A stretch of DNA of 64,000 nt from positions 26,226,001-26,290,000 of the forward strand of contig NC_043002.1 in assembly GCF_006345805.1 (NCBI RefSeq), read 5' to 3'. Position numbers and translations under genes: made by a program. Below the pieces are notes generated by a model. It worked only from the letters and a program-made list of their open reading frames with translations, searched no databases and was not told the DNA's origin. Shown here one piece after another: positions 25,694 to 39,644 of the stretch (positions are counted from its first letter, which is position 1; every line of letters starts with the position of its first letter). This DNA comes from Octopus sinensis. Taxonomy: Eukaryota.

Positions 25694-26968
25694 CGGATGG
25701 GATCCCACTCACATGTTTTCAAACAATATTCAATGACAAGGTATTTTTCAATCCGACCACTATGAGGTCCCAGCAGGAACTGCATGGTTACACAGCGATT
25801 ATCTTAACCGTATAACTCAATGTTTCTCCAGAAATTAATCTGTAGAAGTTGGTGTAATTACAGAGAAGCTTCTAGGTTCCGTCATGATTAACTTCAACGC
25901 TCTAAGTCATATCCAAATTTCCGAGTGTTTTGACTGCATACTGTTAATTAGCACATGTTTTATTAATACGTAGAAATTTAAACTATTCTTCTCCTCTCAG
26001 CGTTATGCATTCTTTGTGTTTCATTTTCAGCGTTCACGATTAGAAACGCTATCAAACGGAAGTTTAAACTGATTTCCCTAGCTGTACGTAATCAATGATT
26101 TTTTAGTTTGTGATTTGGAGTCTTCCTATATCCTGTTTTAAAACTCAACAATATTAACTGCTCTTCGAATCATACATATTCGATTCATATTCATTTCTAT
26201 AGATGAATTCCGCTATTCGAATATTGGTTGAACATTACATTAATGCATGAATTAATTACATCAGTATGTACATAATGAAGCATTTTGGAGGTAAATTGAT
26301 TCATAAGATCTGATGTGTGTCTCTATTACCCATTGTGATGAGCGAATGACGGATATATCTTTCAAAATGGGATACTACACAAACTGTAATTTATGCTTTA
26401 GGTGATTAGAGACGTTCATTAGCAAATATTATAGCATATGTATTCAAATGATGAAATTTTATCCGCAAGACGTTTACAAGTTAAGTTATTCATAGAAACA
26501 CAACGATGACGACAAGTAACATAAACTGCAAATTTGCATGCATGCATATATGCACAGATAGACACACAAATACATACTCACACAGAGACACGCATGCAAA
26601 CACACAAATACAAGCACAAGTACACACACACACACAAACATTCACACAGATTTGTTTTATCATACGATTTATACCTGTCAAGAAACGCTTTTTTTATCTG
26701 AGTCATAAAAATATAAATTAAAACCATTGCTTCATATCTTATCTCATAGCTATATATGTCCATATCTGTTTACTGCATTTATTCATTGGTTGAAATCAAA
26801 TGACATATAGGAACGAACGTAATTACTGTTTAATAATATCTATCCATAGAAATGCAGTTCCATGTTCTATCACACTGCTATGGGCATTCGGCAAGTATAA
26901 TGTGCCATCCATGGCTTCACCTTAGTCATTAATATCTGCGCTAATTTTCAAGAATAAGTACGGTACGG

Positions 26969-27150
<182 letters not shown>

Positions 27151-27245
27151 ACAATATGTTTGTCTCTCTGCAGTATGTCTGCATGCCTTTTTACATGCCC
27201 GTCTGTCTCCTTGTCTGTGTAAGTATCCCTTTCTCTCCATCTATC

Positions 27246-27290
<45 letters not shown>

Positions 27291-27519
27291 CTCTCCGTAT
27301 ATAAACTTTATTTGCTTCAACTTTCTATGACGGATTTTACTCTAGTTCACTTTCACCAACTTCCAATGTAAATTTAGTGGCCGACAGCATTACCAGAGGT
27401 AGTTTATATTTGCCTGGTCTTGGGATATACACAATGCGATATTTCTAGTTATTCAGCCTCTGACTAGTAGTGGCACGAAAGTAGTAGCATCGGAGCTTGT
27501 TGTAAATTTTATCGTATTT

Positions 27520-27960
27520 AGCATTGCCATCGTCCATGTCTTTCAGTCTTCTGCGGGCAGATAGATTTTAAGTGCTACACGTAGAGCAGCTGGACTTTCT
27601 ACCACAAGGCCAAGTGTGTCGTGGCCTTTTTTGCGCCTATGACAAAGCTCAGCTCCCAATAGCTCGTCAATGGGATATGTATATCAATGTAGACCGAACT
27701 CATCTACATATATAATTTTTAGATGCCGTGTCACGTACCACGGAAATATATTGCGTTAATTAGTATAACGACCAAAGAGTTTTCTTCGTGACCGGTACCC
27801 TTGACAACGTGTTACATGTCCTCAGTCATTATGGTACGAGCAAGCTTCTGGGAATGTGCTTACCGAACTTCCTTTACCGTCTCGTACTCAATATCGAATC
27901 CTGTGCATAATCAGCGAAATCCATTTCGATAAGATGAATATTTAGTTACCGTCAGTACAC
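27520..27960 (-). mobile_element. Probable decayed RTE-type LINE 3' fragment
   Basis: Minus-strand remnants resemble the RTE C-terminal H..RM...R..K region, ending near a TAG-rich tail; no intact frame. Confidence 0.35.
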
Positions 27961-28622
27961 AAAAACCTTGAGCCTTGTGAGATACAACGATTAGTTAGTT
28001 TCTGGGTTTCTTAGCACTATTTGTTAAGGGGCTGATGGGTTAATATAACTTAATTCATACCTGGTGGGAGCTTCTAGAAGATTGCCAGTAATCAAATGTT
28101 TGCATGGATGTACTACAACTAAATTGATTGGAATAACATTCCAGTAATTAGTGGCATAAGAATTCCAAGCTGATAATTCTTTAATAACGAACGTCTTATT
28201 GAAACCTTCAATATAAATAGATCATTTCCAATTAGAAGATGGTCACGAAATATTTTACTTTCCGACAATAATAGAAACTGAATTTTATTAAAATTCCCCA
28301 CTAAGAAAAAGGATTCCTGATCCATATTCTTCAAAACCATTTATCACCCAATTCTGCGCTTAGATATATACGCTTGCGTAATTTTTGCTATATTAATCGT
28401 TCTGTTTACATTGTTTAAAATAATGTTATTCTTGTTGATGATAAAAAAAAAAATGGCTGAAAATTGCCAATATTCTGTTCAGGAAGATAATTTGTTAATA
28501 ATTTTTCGTTTTGTGTTCTACTTCCCGAAATGACAAAAGTTAAAGTCGACTTCGTCGGAATTTGAACTTAGAACGAGAAGACCTGCTTACGATTCTGCAA
28601 GCTCGCCAGCTTAGTAGTAATA

Positions 28623-28673
<51 letters not shown>

Positions 28674-28679
<6 letters not shown>

Positions 28680-28787
28680 CCATACAATAACCATCAGAGC
28701 ATCACAACAAATCACAGCACATACCCAAGGCACACAGAGCTGCGCTCGGTAGTGAAGTGAAAGCACGCTATAAAAATAAAACTACTG
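28674..28787 (+). mobile_element. R4/Dong LINE 3' UTR stub between (AAT)n tracts
   Basis: CCCAAGGCACACAGAGCTGCGCTCGGTAG 3' UTR-like motif, followed directly by (AAT)n. Confidence 0.6.
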
Positions 28788-28866
28788 AATAATAATAATA
28801 ATAATAATAATAATGATAATAATAATAATAATGATGATGATGATAATAATAATAATAATGATGATG

Positions 28867-28924
<58 letters not shown>

Positions 28925-29019
28925 TAATAATAATAATAATAATAATCATGTGAATCCTTACTTGCCATTGTTAGAATTAACAATATAATACACACTGAAA
29001 ATGTGATACATCCACAAGC

Positions 29020-29990
29020 ATTTAAGAAATAAGATGAAGAAGAAAGAGTAAACAACTGGAAAATGAAACCATGCATGGGCAATACTTCAGAGAAATCGAA
29101 GGAAAAGGGAAGATCAACACTTGGAGATGGCTAAGAGAAAGTAATCTGAAAGGATGCACTAAGGGAGCACCCAAGAATATGCTCTGAGAACTAATTACAT
29201 CAAGTTCCAAATAGATAAAAGTAGCGTATCGCCCTTTGTATTATGTGTGGGAGCAGAAACGAAACCATCTCGCAAATTGTGAGTGAGCGTAGCAACCTGG
29301 CTCAAAAACACTACAAAAGGCACGATAATGGGGATAAATTCGTCCACTGAGGCAGTGCTCAAGAATAAGCTCTAAGAATTAATTATACCAAGTTTCAAAT
29401 AGATAAGAGTCGCGAATTTCCCCCTTTGTGGGAGCTAAATTCGGCCACTGGAGGCTATGTGAAAAGTACGGCCTGAACAGCTCACTGAAATGGTACGAAT
29501 ATGAACCTTAAGGAGTCAACAAGACCAAGGAACGTAAGATACTGTGAGATTTTACAATCCAATGAGTCTCCCTAATCGTGGCACGGAGACAAGATATTCT
29601 TGTGGCAGATAAAGCAGAAAAAATCCAAGATCATAGATACTGCAATTCTTGGAGAAGCAGACATAGATCTAAAAGAATTTTAAAAATTGGAAAAGTACAG
29701 ACTACTAAGAGACGAAATTGCAAGAGTGTGAACTATGAGGAGAGTGTCTGTCATTCCAGTAGTTGTTGGGGGCAGAGATCGGAATTGATATGAGAGTAGA
29801 ACAAGCCTCCAAAACTGCTCTGATGGGGACAGCTGGGACTTTGAGATGTTGAATGTCTCCCACGATAATTAACAGCCAAGTATGAAAACATGTAATATGC
29901 GGAAAGAGACTCTGTGAAACTTCAGACATCAGGCTACTATCTCAGAGAATCTATCAGAACAAACAACACCGAACGTTCTGAGAATTAAAC
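29020..29990 (+). mobile_element. Decayed R4/Dong 3' fragment
   Basis: Remnants WKMKP.HGQY, TWRWLRESNLK, KRHD, KWYEYEP, IL*DFTIQ, RRQDILV; a ~170 bp internal duplication (29170-29350 vs 29355-29455). Confidence 0.8.
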
Positions 29991-30079
29991 CAATGATGAT
30001 GATGATGACGATGAGGATGATGATTATGATGATAATGATAATAATAATAATAACAATAATGATAATTAATAATAATAAC

Positions 30080-30128
<49 letters not shown>

Positions 30129-30160
30129 GTAGTAGTAGTAGTAGTAGTAGTAGTAATAAT

Positions 30161-30197
<37 letters not shown>

Positions 30198-30635
30198 TAA
30201 CAATAATAATAATAAATTTTTTTGACCAATAGGACCCCACCTAAAAAAAAAATCACTGATGGTGATGGTGATAATGGTGATGATGATAATAATGATAGTA
30301 ATAGTGCTGATAATCTATCTATCTATCTACACACACACACACCCAAAGAGTTCAACCAACACAAAGAAAGTATTATTTGACAGGCAAGAACTCTGGTGTT
30401 GAAGACAGTCAGCCAGCCAACCACCAAGCCAGCCAACGAGACAGACAGACACTACTGTGATGGTGATAATGATAAAAAAAAAATAACAATAATAAGATAC
30501 TGCTGTGACTACACATAAAACAATATCATTGATGATGATGGTGGTGATGGTGATTGTGATGATGATAATGATGATGGTAATGGTGGTGATAATGATGATA
30601 GTGATGGTAATGGTGATGATAATAACAATAATAAG

Positions 30636-33600
30636 CCGACTACGGCTGCTATAATGGTACGATTATAATTGTAACGGCAATGATGGCCGTCTCCCCACGA
30701 GCCAATCAAAGCTAAAAAATGATAACATTATCGTAGCACCAAAATGTTTTTGGAAACTAAAAGGAAAACTAAATCAGTATACCAAATCGCTTGTCCTATG
30801 GTTAATCTGGAAGCGCCTCCCCCAGGGATGAGCCAGCCTGGGATCGAAAAGTCATCAACTGGCACAAACTCTTCTCCGAATACGGACATGGATGGTCACT
30901 TGAACGGGAAATCCCCCAACTCGAGCCCTCCAAGTTCACCACCACAACCACCACAGAAAGAAAAATGTAAGCGGAACAAATGGACCCGAGAAGAGTATAA
31001 AGAAGTAATATACGCTTATTACTATGCATTAGGTAGGCCATCTCAAGAGAGACACACCGCAAACTCTTACAGTATATGGAGAACACGGAATCAAGACAGT
31101 AGGCCCTATTTGGACGAGAACAAATTAGCAAATGTGAGGAGGGATATCTTTAGAAATAACAGACTCACAGACAGTGAAATAAGCGCGATCAAGCACGCAA
31201 CGGAAAATGACATAAATATAAGACACAAAGGAAATGAAGAATCAGATGAACAGTATAGCCCGCCACGAGGCTTAATTGAAAGACTGCCATCTGACCAAAG
31301 TACGCAAAGGCCTGAAGATACAAGAAATTCTATTGTACCTGTTAAAGATAGCCAGGAAAACGAAAAAACAACAGTAACTGAAGATCTCGCATTCGCTGAA
31401 GAAAACAGAGAGTCTATGGCAGAAATGAGGCAGAAAATCCTGAATACGCTTGAAGTTGTAAGACATACAAGTATGAATGATAGAGAACCACTTCATAAAC
31501 TCTCAAATACAAACCAAAATAAAAAACAAATCCAAATTGGCAACTATGTAACAAATGAAATAATACGAGAATTAAAACCTGATTTTACTGAGTTAAATGA
31601 AATTATTTACGCTTCTGCTAGGGCAATTGAAACCAGCTGTATGCCCCCGAAAAAACAAAGAAAACAAAACCTGGGAAGAAATCAAACCTGGAGAAGAAAA
31701 ATTGAAAAAGAGATTGAATTTATGAGAGGGGAAATATCAATATTGAATGAACTAATATGTGGAAATGACGTAAGATCCAGAACAGGAAGAAAGATGAAGA
31801 GAAAATTTGGATCCTCACCAAGAGAAGAACTGATATCAATAAAAGAAACGCTGAAACAAAAAGTCCAAGCAAAAGCCCAAAGAATACGAACATTTGAGAA
31901 GAGAAACAAGTTTTACAAGCAAAATAAGCTGTTCACATCAAATGCCAAAAAATTCTACAGAGAAATAGGGAAGGAGAAAGTAACCATTAAAGACCCCCCT
32001 CCCATGGAAGAAGTTCAAAACTTTTGGAAAAGGATTTGGAGTGACAAGAAGACGTACAACATAAATGCAGACTGGATTATACAAACTGAAGGATCCTACC
32101 AAAATTTACAACAACAAGCATGGGAAGACATCACAATAGCAGACCTAAGAAAGGCACTCACAAAGGCCCATAATTGGAAACCCCCCGGTAAAGATAGGGT
32201 GCCGAATTTCTGGCTCGCATCGCTCCCATGCGCACACGGTAAGCTAGTTCAGCTGCTCAATGGAATTATGAGAGACCCAAAGAAAACACCCGAATGGTTA
32301 GCAAGTGGCATTACTTACCTACTCCTAAAGAATAACGAAACCAACCTTCCAAAAAACTATCGGTTTATAACCTGTCTATCCACCACGTATAAAATCCTAA
32401 CATCTATCCTGGCGGAGAAAACATATGCATTCATAGGGAAGAACATTTTCCCCATTGAACAAAAAGGGTGCCGCCGAGGCTCTTACGGATGCAAAGATCA
32501 ACTGCTAATCAATCGTATGATCCTTGAGAACTGTCACAACAAGCGCAGAGAAATCTCAGCACCGCATGGATGGATTGATACAAAAAGGCCTTCGACAGTA
32601 TACCGCATCCATGGATCTTGAGATTGCTGGACATCTTCAAAATTTCCCCTGTGATTTCAAACTTCCTGAAGCACAATATGTCGTTGTGGAATACGAATCT
32701 CCAATTATACCACTCTAATGGAGTACTTGCCTCAGAAAATATAAACATCAACTGTGGAATTTTTCAAGGTGACTCACTTTCACCTTAATAATCTGCATAG
32801 CCCTAATACCCCTTACAAGTGAATTAAACAGAACAGGGTGGGTATAAAATTGCCAATAAAAAAATAAGCCATCTATTTTATATGGATGACTTAAAACTTT
32901 ATGGTAAAGACAATAATGAACTTGAAGGCCTATTGCGCACCGTGAAAGCATTCAGCGATGACATCGGGATGGAGTTTGGACTTGAGAAGTGTGCCAAGGC
33001 CACTTTCCAGAAAGGGAAAGTGAAGACCACAAATTCAGTCGTGTTAGATGTTGACACAGTCATAAGAGAGCTTGAGCAAGAACAAACATACAAATATTTA
33101 GGGATAAATGAGGCTCTGGTATTCAGCATGCAAGCATGAAAGAGAAAATCAGGAAGGAATGTTATAGGAGAGTTCGTGCAGTCCTGAAATCTGAACTAAA
33201 TGCACGTAACAAGGTGTTAGCTATAAATTCTTAGCAGTTCCAGTTGCTACTTATAGCTACAATGTGTTGAACTGGAATATGAGTGAAGTAAAGAATATAG
33301 ATAGAAAAATACGCAAGCTGCTGAGTTGTAATAGGATGCACCACCCAAAGGCAGACGTAGATCGCCTTTACCTTCCCAGAGCCCAAGGAGGTCGAGGCCT
33401 GATCCAATTTGAACTACTTACAAAACAACCACAATTGGACTGGCCAAATATCTCGAAATATCGAATGACTGGATGCTAAAGCTCGTGGAAAATCACGAGA
33501 GACGAAAGACGCTTCATTCTATCATAAAGGAAAGCAAAAAATTTGCTATTGATCTCGTGCAGGATACCCAAACTGAACAACCGAGGGAAGGAAGTACGGC

Positions 33601-34598
33601 AACTATTGTTGCAAAGAAGGTGAAAATGATGGCAATGAAGAAAGCGCACGAGCAATTGGCTGATAGGTGGGAGGAGAAACCTCTGCACGGCAAATATGTG
33701 ACCCGCAGCAAACAAGCTGATGTTGACCAGAAGCAAACCCATCAGTGGCTACGGAGCTCAGGGCTAAAAGCAGAGAGTGAAGGTTTCATCCTGGCTGCTC
33801 AAGATCAAAGCCTATAACCCGGAACTACCAGGCCAATGTGATGAAAAATGGAGCAGACCCAAAATGCCGATTCTGCAACGACATGATTGAAACAATGGAC
33901 CACCTAATCTCTGGATGTAAAGTCTTAGCACCAGTGGAGTATAAATTAAGACATGACAGAGTTGGCCAATATCTCCACTGGCTAATAAGTCGGCATTACA
34001 ATATCAAAACTGCCGACAAGTGGTATAATCACCACCCTGAGGCTGTAACTGAAGGAGAAAATGTAACCATTCTGTGGGACTTTCCAGTACATACAGCCCG
34101 AACCATCAAGGCCAATAAACCAGATATTGTTGTGAAAGACCAAAACAATAAAGTTTGCTTATTGATCGACATGAGCATCCTCTGTGATCATAATATCTCA
34201 GCGAAAGAGTTTGACAAGCTCAGAAAATATAAAGACCTACTCATTGAAATTGAGAAAATGTGGCATCTCAAGGCGGTTACAATACAGTGATCGTAGGAGC
34301 ACTAGGAATGATCAAGAAGGGAACCGAAAATTATATGAGAATGATCCCTGGCTTACCATCCCTGCAAGAAGTGCAAAAGATTGTCTTAACTGGTACATCA
34401 CACGTATTGAGAAGAGCATTGTCGATGTGAGAACTGTTGCTGCTCATGTATTTTAATTTAACTTAAAAAAAAAAAAAATGAATGAACTACTGAGTTTGGT
34501 TTAATGGCCTACCAATGTATACTATGAGTTTCTTTGCCCTAGGAGTCGGGAAGACACTCGGCAAGTAATGGAAGCAAATTTGAAAGAAGAAAAAAAAG
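30636..34598 (+). mobile_element. Near-full-length R4/Dong-clade non-LTR retrotransposon
   Basis: Single long RT + RLE coding region, short structured 5' UTR, 3' UTR ending in an A-rich run then (AAT)n; lies between ATG/AAT microsatellites, the known Dong target. Confidence 0.95.
30744..34430 (+). pseudogene. Dong/R4 polyprotein (RT, CCHC knuckle, restriction-like endonuclease), frameshifted
   Basis: 625 aa open N-terminal part (NWKPPGKDRVPNFW, EQKGCRRGSYGCKDQLLIN), then GIFQGDSLSP, HLFYMDDLKLY, YKYLGI, CRFC..H..SGC, RHD, LWDFPV, KPDIVV..D..K spread over several frames. Confidence 0.93.
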
Positions 34599-34631
<33 letters not shown>

Positions 34632-34634
<3 letters not shown>

Positions 34635-35218
34635 CCCCCCCCAGTGCTTGAAAATGACCACATCTCACACCTCTGGAACTTCACCATTCAAACTGACAGA
34701 AAGATAGATGCCAATAGGCCAGACATCATATTGAAAGACTTCAAACAAAGAACATGCCTCCTCATTGATATGACTGTCCCAATCGATATAAACGTATCTG
34801 TCAAGACCTACCAAAAACTGAGCAAATATAAGATCTTGAGATAGAAATCAGCAAAATGTGGAAGCTGAAGACTAAAACAATACCTGTTGTCATAGGTGCC
34901 CTGGGAATGATAGCAAAAAGGGGCTGATAGCTACCTAACTCAGATACCAGGAAACCCCAAAATGGCAGAAATTCAAAAGATAGTGCTCATGGGAACTGCT
35001 CATATCCTACGCAAAATACTTTCTATGTAATCTCAAGGCTTAAAACAAACATAATTTTCGTTTTTTCTTTTTTTTTTAGACATTCATTAGTACAACCCCC
35101 CACCCAAATATATGGCACACTAGGCATAACAACAACATGAACTTCCAACCTGTTGTCTCTTGAGGTCTCTGGGTGAGACTTGGAGCCAACTTGTACAAAT
35201 ATAAAGCAAAAGTCAAAC

Positions 35219-35220
<2 letters not shown>
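34632..35220 (+). mobile_element. 5'-truncated Dong copy, second family
   Basis: LWNFTIQTDRKIDANRPDIILKD...LIDMTVP, 3' UTR GTCTCTTGAGGTCTCTGGGTGAGACTTGGAGCC, flanked by (AAT)n. Confidence 0.9.
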
Positions 35221-35280
<60 letters not shown>

Positions 35281-35520
35281 GCAACAACTAATTCTTCGAG
35301 CTGGCAGAATTCTTACTGTGACGTCTATTATTCTCGAGATTTTTACTCACTGTAAAAATTGTCGACTCTCCGACAATTATTGGTATTACTACCACCTTTT
35401 TCATCGACCACAACTGCTTCACATCCCAAGCTAACCTGTCATATCTATCTTTCTTCCTTATCGCATACCTTGTTGTCAGCTGGGCATTATCATTTTCGAA
35501 TAATAAAAATGATGATGATG

Positions 35521-35590
<70 letters not shown>

Positions 35591-35604
35591 TCATAATAAT
35601 ATAG

Positions 35605-35904
35605 AAAGGATTGAGGTAACTCCTGAAGATATAGTCAAAATTAAAAGAAGAGTGCCATTGTTATCTAGTGAATGATATTTCGACATATCGTGTGTGTTAA
35701 TCATATACTGGTTAAAGAAATACGTTTGTCAATCTACTTCATTTCGGTTAATATATAAAGGATTGAGGTCACTCCTCCTGAGGATATAGAGTCAAAATTA
35801 AAAGAAGAGTGCTATTGAAATCTAGTGAACGATATTTCGACATCTTGTGTGTCTTCAACTGGTTCAAAAAATAAATGTCAGTCTACATCATTTTGGTTAA
35901 TATA

Positions 35905-35905
<1 letters not shown>
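35605..35905 (+). repeat. Diverged 152 bp tandem dimer between (AAT)n tracts, with hammerhead-like remnants
   Basis: AAAGGATTGAGGT at 35605 and 35757; both units contain CTC-CTGA(A/G)GA-TATAG, and the second has CTAT-T-GAAA-TCTAG. Confidence 0.8.
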
Positions 35906-35958
<53 letters not shown>

Positions 35959-36114
35959 TAATAATAATAATGATAATAATAATAATATAATAATAATAAT
36001 AATAGTAATAATAATAATAATAATAACAACAGCAACAACTACAACAATAATAATAATAATAACAACAAAAGCAATAACGAATTCTTCGAACTGGTAGAAT
36101 TGTTACCGCGATTT

Positions 36115-36167
<53 letters not shown>

Positions 36168-36168
<1 letters not shown>

Positions 36169-36382
36169 AGGCAGTGAGGTGACAGAATTGTTAACACGCC
36201 GGGTGAAATGCTTATCAATATTTCGTCCGTCTTTACATTCTAAGTTCAAATTTCGCCGGGCTTGACTTTGCCGTTCTTCTCTCTTGGCCAATAGAAGAAG
36301 CAACAGTCGAGCACTGGGGGTCGATGTAATCGACTGGTTCCCTCCCTCGGAATTTCAGCCGTTGTGCCTATAGTGGAAAATT
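36168..36382 (+). mobile_element. Short interspersed element associated with triplet microsatellites (fragments also at ~14120-14290, 28500-28612, 50790-51110, 52330-52460)
   Basis: Recurrent motif TTCTAAGTTCAAATTTCGCCG.GG..GACTTTG...GGGGTCGAT..AATCGACT; reverse-complement copies elsewhere in the window. Confidence 0.7.
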
Positions 36383-36522
36383 TCTTCTTCTTCTTCTTTT
36401 TCTTCTTCTTCTTCACCTTATCCTCCTCCTCTTCCTCCTCCTCCTTCTTCTTCTTCTTGTTATCATCATCATCATCATCATCATCATCATATCATCATCA
36501 TCATCATCATCAACACCATCCC

Positions 36523-36561
<39 letters not shown>

Positions 36562-36574
36562 TATTATTTTTGTA

Positions 36575-37300
36575 AGACGTCACACCGTACCCAATATGAT
36601 GATGTTGTTGATTGACGACATTGTGTCCACCGGGGCTTTTTGTACTGTCTGTCAGGTCACAAGGATCTCAGACCGACATTAATTTGCTCAATATTCGAGC
36701 TCTTCCAAATAATGCTACTTTTGCAACACACCTAGATTATAGGGTATTTCTAAAATTTCCAGATGTTTCTTCAGGTTAGGTGGTGTTGAATCCATTGCTC
36801 TGATGACCACAGGGGCAAATTTTATAGTTGACTCTCGCAGCTGCCACATCGTGGCGATCTCAGGTCTCCATATTTATCGATCTTTTCTCTTTCTTTTATG
36901 ATAATATGTTGATCTCACGGCACTGCCATGTCGATTATTAGTTACTCTTGTTTGTCTCTCCTAAAGGTTACTGTGTCCTGTCTTCGGTGCTCTAATATAT
37001 TGCCTGTGTAGAAGACAAAGTACCAGAGGATTTTTGCCTTGCCCTTTTCACTCATTATATTTTCTGGTGCATATTGGTACCAAGCACCCCTTACATATCC
37101 ATACTTCCGGCATAGTAGCTAGTGAATAGTCTCCGCTACCTTGTCGTGTCTGCGCTTGTAGTCTTTCTGCATAAGACTCTCACAAGAACTAAAAATGTGA
37201 GTCACCCTTTCGATCCTCTTCCCACACATTCTGCAGCGGTTCGTTGCACTTTTGTGGTATATAGCTCTTTTCATTGAGTTGGTATTTAATGCCTTAGTAT
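36575..37300 (-). mobile_element. Dong/R4 3' fragment, third family, next to (CAT)n
   Basis: CRMCGKRIERVTHIFSSC...YKRRHDKVAETIH, then ILWYF and DMAVP remnants on the minus strand. Confidence 0.85.
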
Positions 37301-37321
37301 TATTATTATTTCCTTTAATCA

Positions 37322-37576
37322 CGGGTTTTGTTGGAGCTCCCGGAGTCGTACATGCGCAGCGGGCTTGCTATCTGCAGCCTACGGTGTCATGCTATCCATT
37401 GTTTTCAGCTATCTAATACTTCTATGATTATACTGGCCGTGCCAGGGTGGCAAACCTTTTGTAACAGTTCTACGGGGCACTCTATTCCAATTTCCTTTAT
37501 ATTCCCCTTGATGCCTTCTGGTACTGTTCTCATGGACCCAACAATAATTGGCACTATCTTCACCTTCTTCATTTTC

Positions 37577-37631
<55 letters not shown>

Positions 37632-37976
37632 TTAACGTTCTATTTGTACGAGTTGTCTCCAAGTCTTACCCAGAGACTTCAAGAGACAAGTTAGAAGTTC
37701 ATGTTGGTGTTAGGCCTAAGGTGTCATATATTTGGTTTTGTACATTTATTGTTCTAGAGAATGTTTAAGAAAACAAAATTCTGAGTTTGTTTTAAAATCT
37801 GAGATTACATAGGCAGTATTTTACGTAGGTTATGGGCATTTCCCATGAGCACTATCTTTGGAATTTCTGTCATTGAGGGGTTTCCTGTTTCCTTTTGGTA
37901 TCATTCCTGAAGCACCTATAACAACAGGTATCGTTTAAGTCTTCAGGTTCTACACTTTGCCAATTTCTATTTCAAG

Positions 37977-37977
<1 letters not shown>
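37322..37977 (-). mobile_element. Two short Dong 3' ends separated by (ATT)n (37322-37578 and 37632-37977)
   Basis: Minus strand KVKIVPIIVGSMRTVP...CPVELLQKVC; the second piece is the reverse complement of the 34840-35220 family end. Confidence 0.8.
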
Positions 37978-38012
<35 letters not shown>

Positions 38013-38091
38013 GTTGTTGTTGTTGTTGTTATCATTATTATTATTATTATTATTGTTGTTGTTGTTGTTGTTATTATTATTATTACTATTA

Positions 38092-38122
<31 letters not shown>

Positions 38123-38192
38123 GTTGTTGTTGTTGTTGTTGTTGTTGTTATTATTATTATTATTATTATTATTGTTGTTGTTATTATTATTA

Positions 38193-38240
<48 letters not shown>

Positions 38241-39351
38241 TCTGATTTAAACAAAAAACCTTGTGTTTTGACAGGAAGAGTTTATTGATACCGTGAAACT
38301 CAGTAACTATTTGGTTCTTCTTTTCATCGACTCCAGTAACATAAAAGGCAAAGTTGATATTGGTGGGATTTAAACTCACAATGTAATGATTGGGAGACAT
38401 TTCCGCAGGACATTAAAAAAAAGACAGCATTTTTTAGATCACAGTAAATCAATTTCAATAAAAATTGGATTTCCTGATTATTTCCTGACCTTATTCTATC
38501 TGACAAGCTGAATAAATCAATCAATGTATCTCTCAATCTCTCTGCTTGATTATCTGCCTATCTCTCAGTCAATCTATCGGTGTATGTGTATGTCTATATG
38601 AGGTTTTATGTAACTCATCCGTATACTTAGTTGCGCGCATAGGGAAGAGTATTTATGTATGGCCATATAAACAAATACACAGGCATATAAACTCATATAC
38701 ACCCATATGTATGAATGTGTATGTGCTTGCATATATGCCACAGTAACAGTACGATCGCCATAAACTATAATGATAAATTATAATGAATCACGCCCACAAG
38801 CTGTTATCATTTCAGTTGAGAGAATTATAAAGCAATAGACAGCAACATAAACGACTACAATCATCACAATCGCAATGCTAACCCCAACCCAGACAATAAA
38901 CATATATCTGCAATGAAAAAAATGACGTATATGCCTAAGCTTAGGAATGAACACGCATTTGCGCACTGAACGCAAAACACACATTTCAGAAGAACGAGAT
39001 AGCTAGCATACACGTACTTATCCACATGCCTACTAATACATATATACGCTAAAAAAATAACAAACTTCTTTGTATAGTTTACCCTTATATCTTTGCTTTA
39101 GTGAGTGCACTGTGGTCATGCTGGAGCACTGCCTTGAAAGATTCAAATCGATCAAGTTGATTTAGATGCAGCGCTTACATTTAAAGGCTTGCATTTATTT
39201 TCTCTATATCTTTGAAATGTATATTCTAACTTACGGGTTAATAAACAAACAGGCATTGTTTGTAAAGAGATGGGTGAGATACAAATGCAAACACACGCAC
39301 AGAAACATATATACATGCATACATACATACATACATACATACATACATACA

Positions 39352-39386
<35 letters not shown>

Positions 39387-39644
39387 GCATTATGCATTCA
39401 TACATTCATAAAACTTACGTACATGCATATTTATATAGTTACACTCATACTCACGCATTCTTTTGCGTATAAAATCTTATAAGTACTGTGCTAAAATGTA
39501 TTGAGTCATTCATCAGGTTAATGTTAAATTAGTTTTATAATAAAACTTGGCATAAACTCTAAAGTTAATATGTAAATACAAACTTACACACACATACACA
39601 AAATATCTATAATGTATATATAATACGTAATGCATATACAGGGT

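Noticed and set aside
30636-30743. Possible HDV-like ribozyme in the Dong 5' UTR
   Set aside because: A CTC-CCCAC-GAG hairpin and GCTAA are present, but no P1, P1.1 GG or P2 pairing could be assigned.
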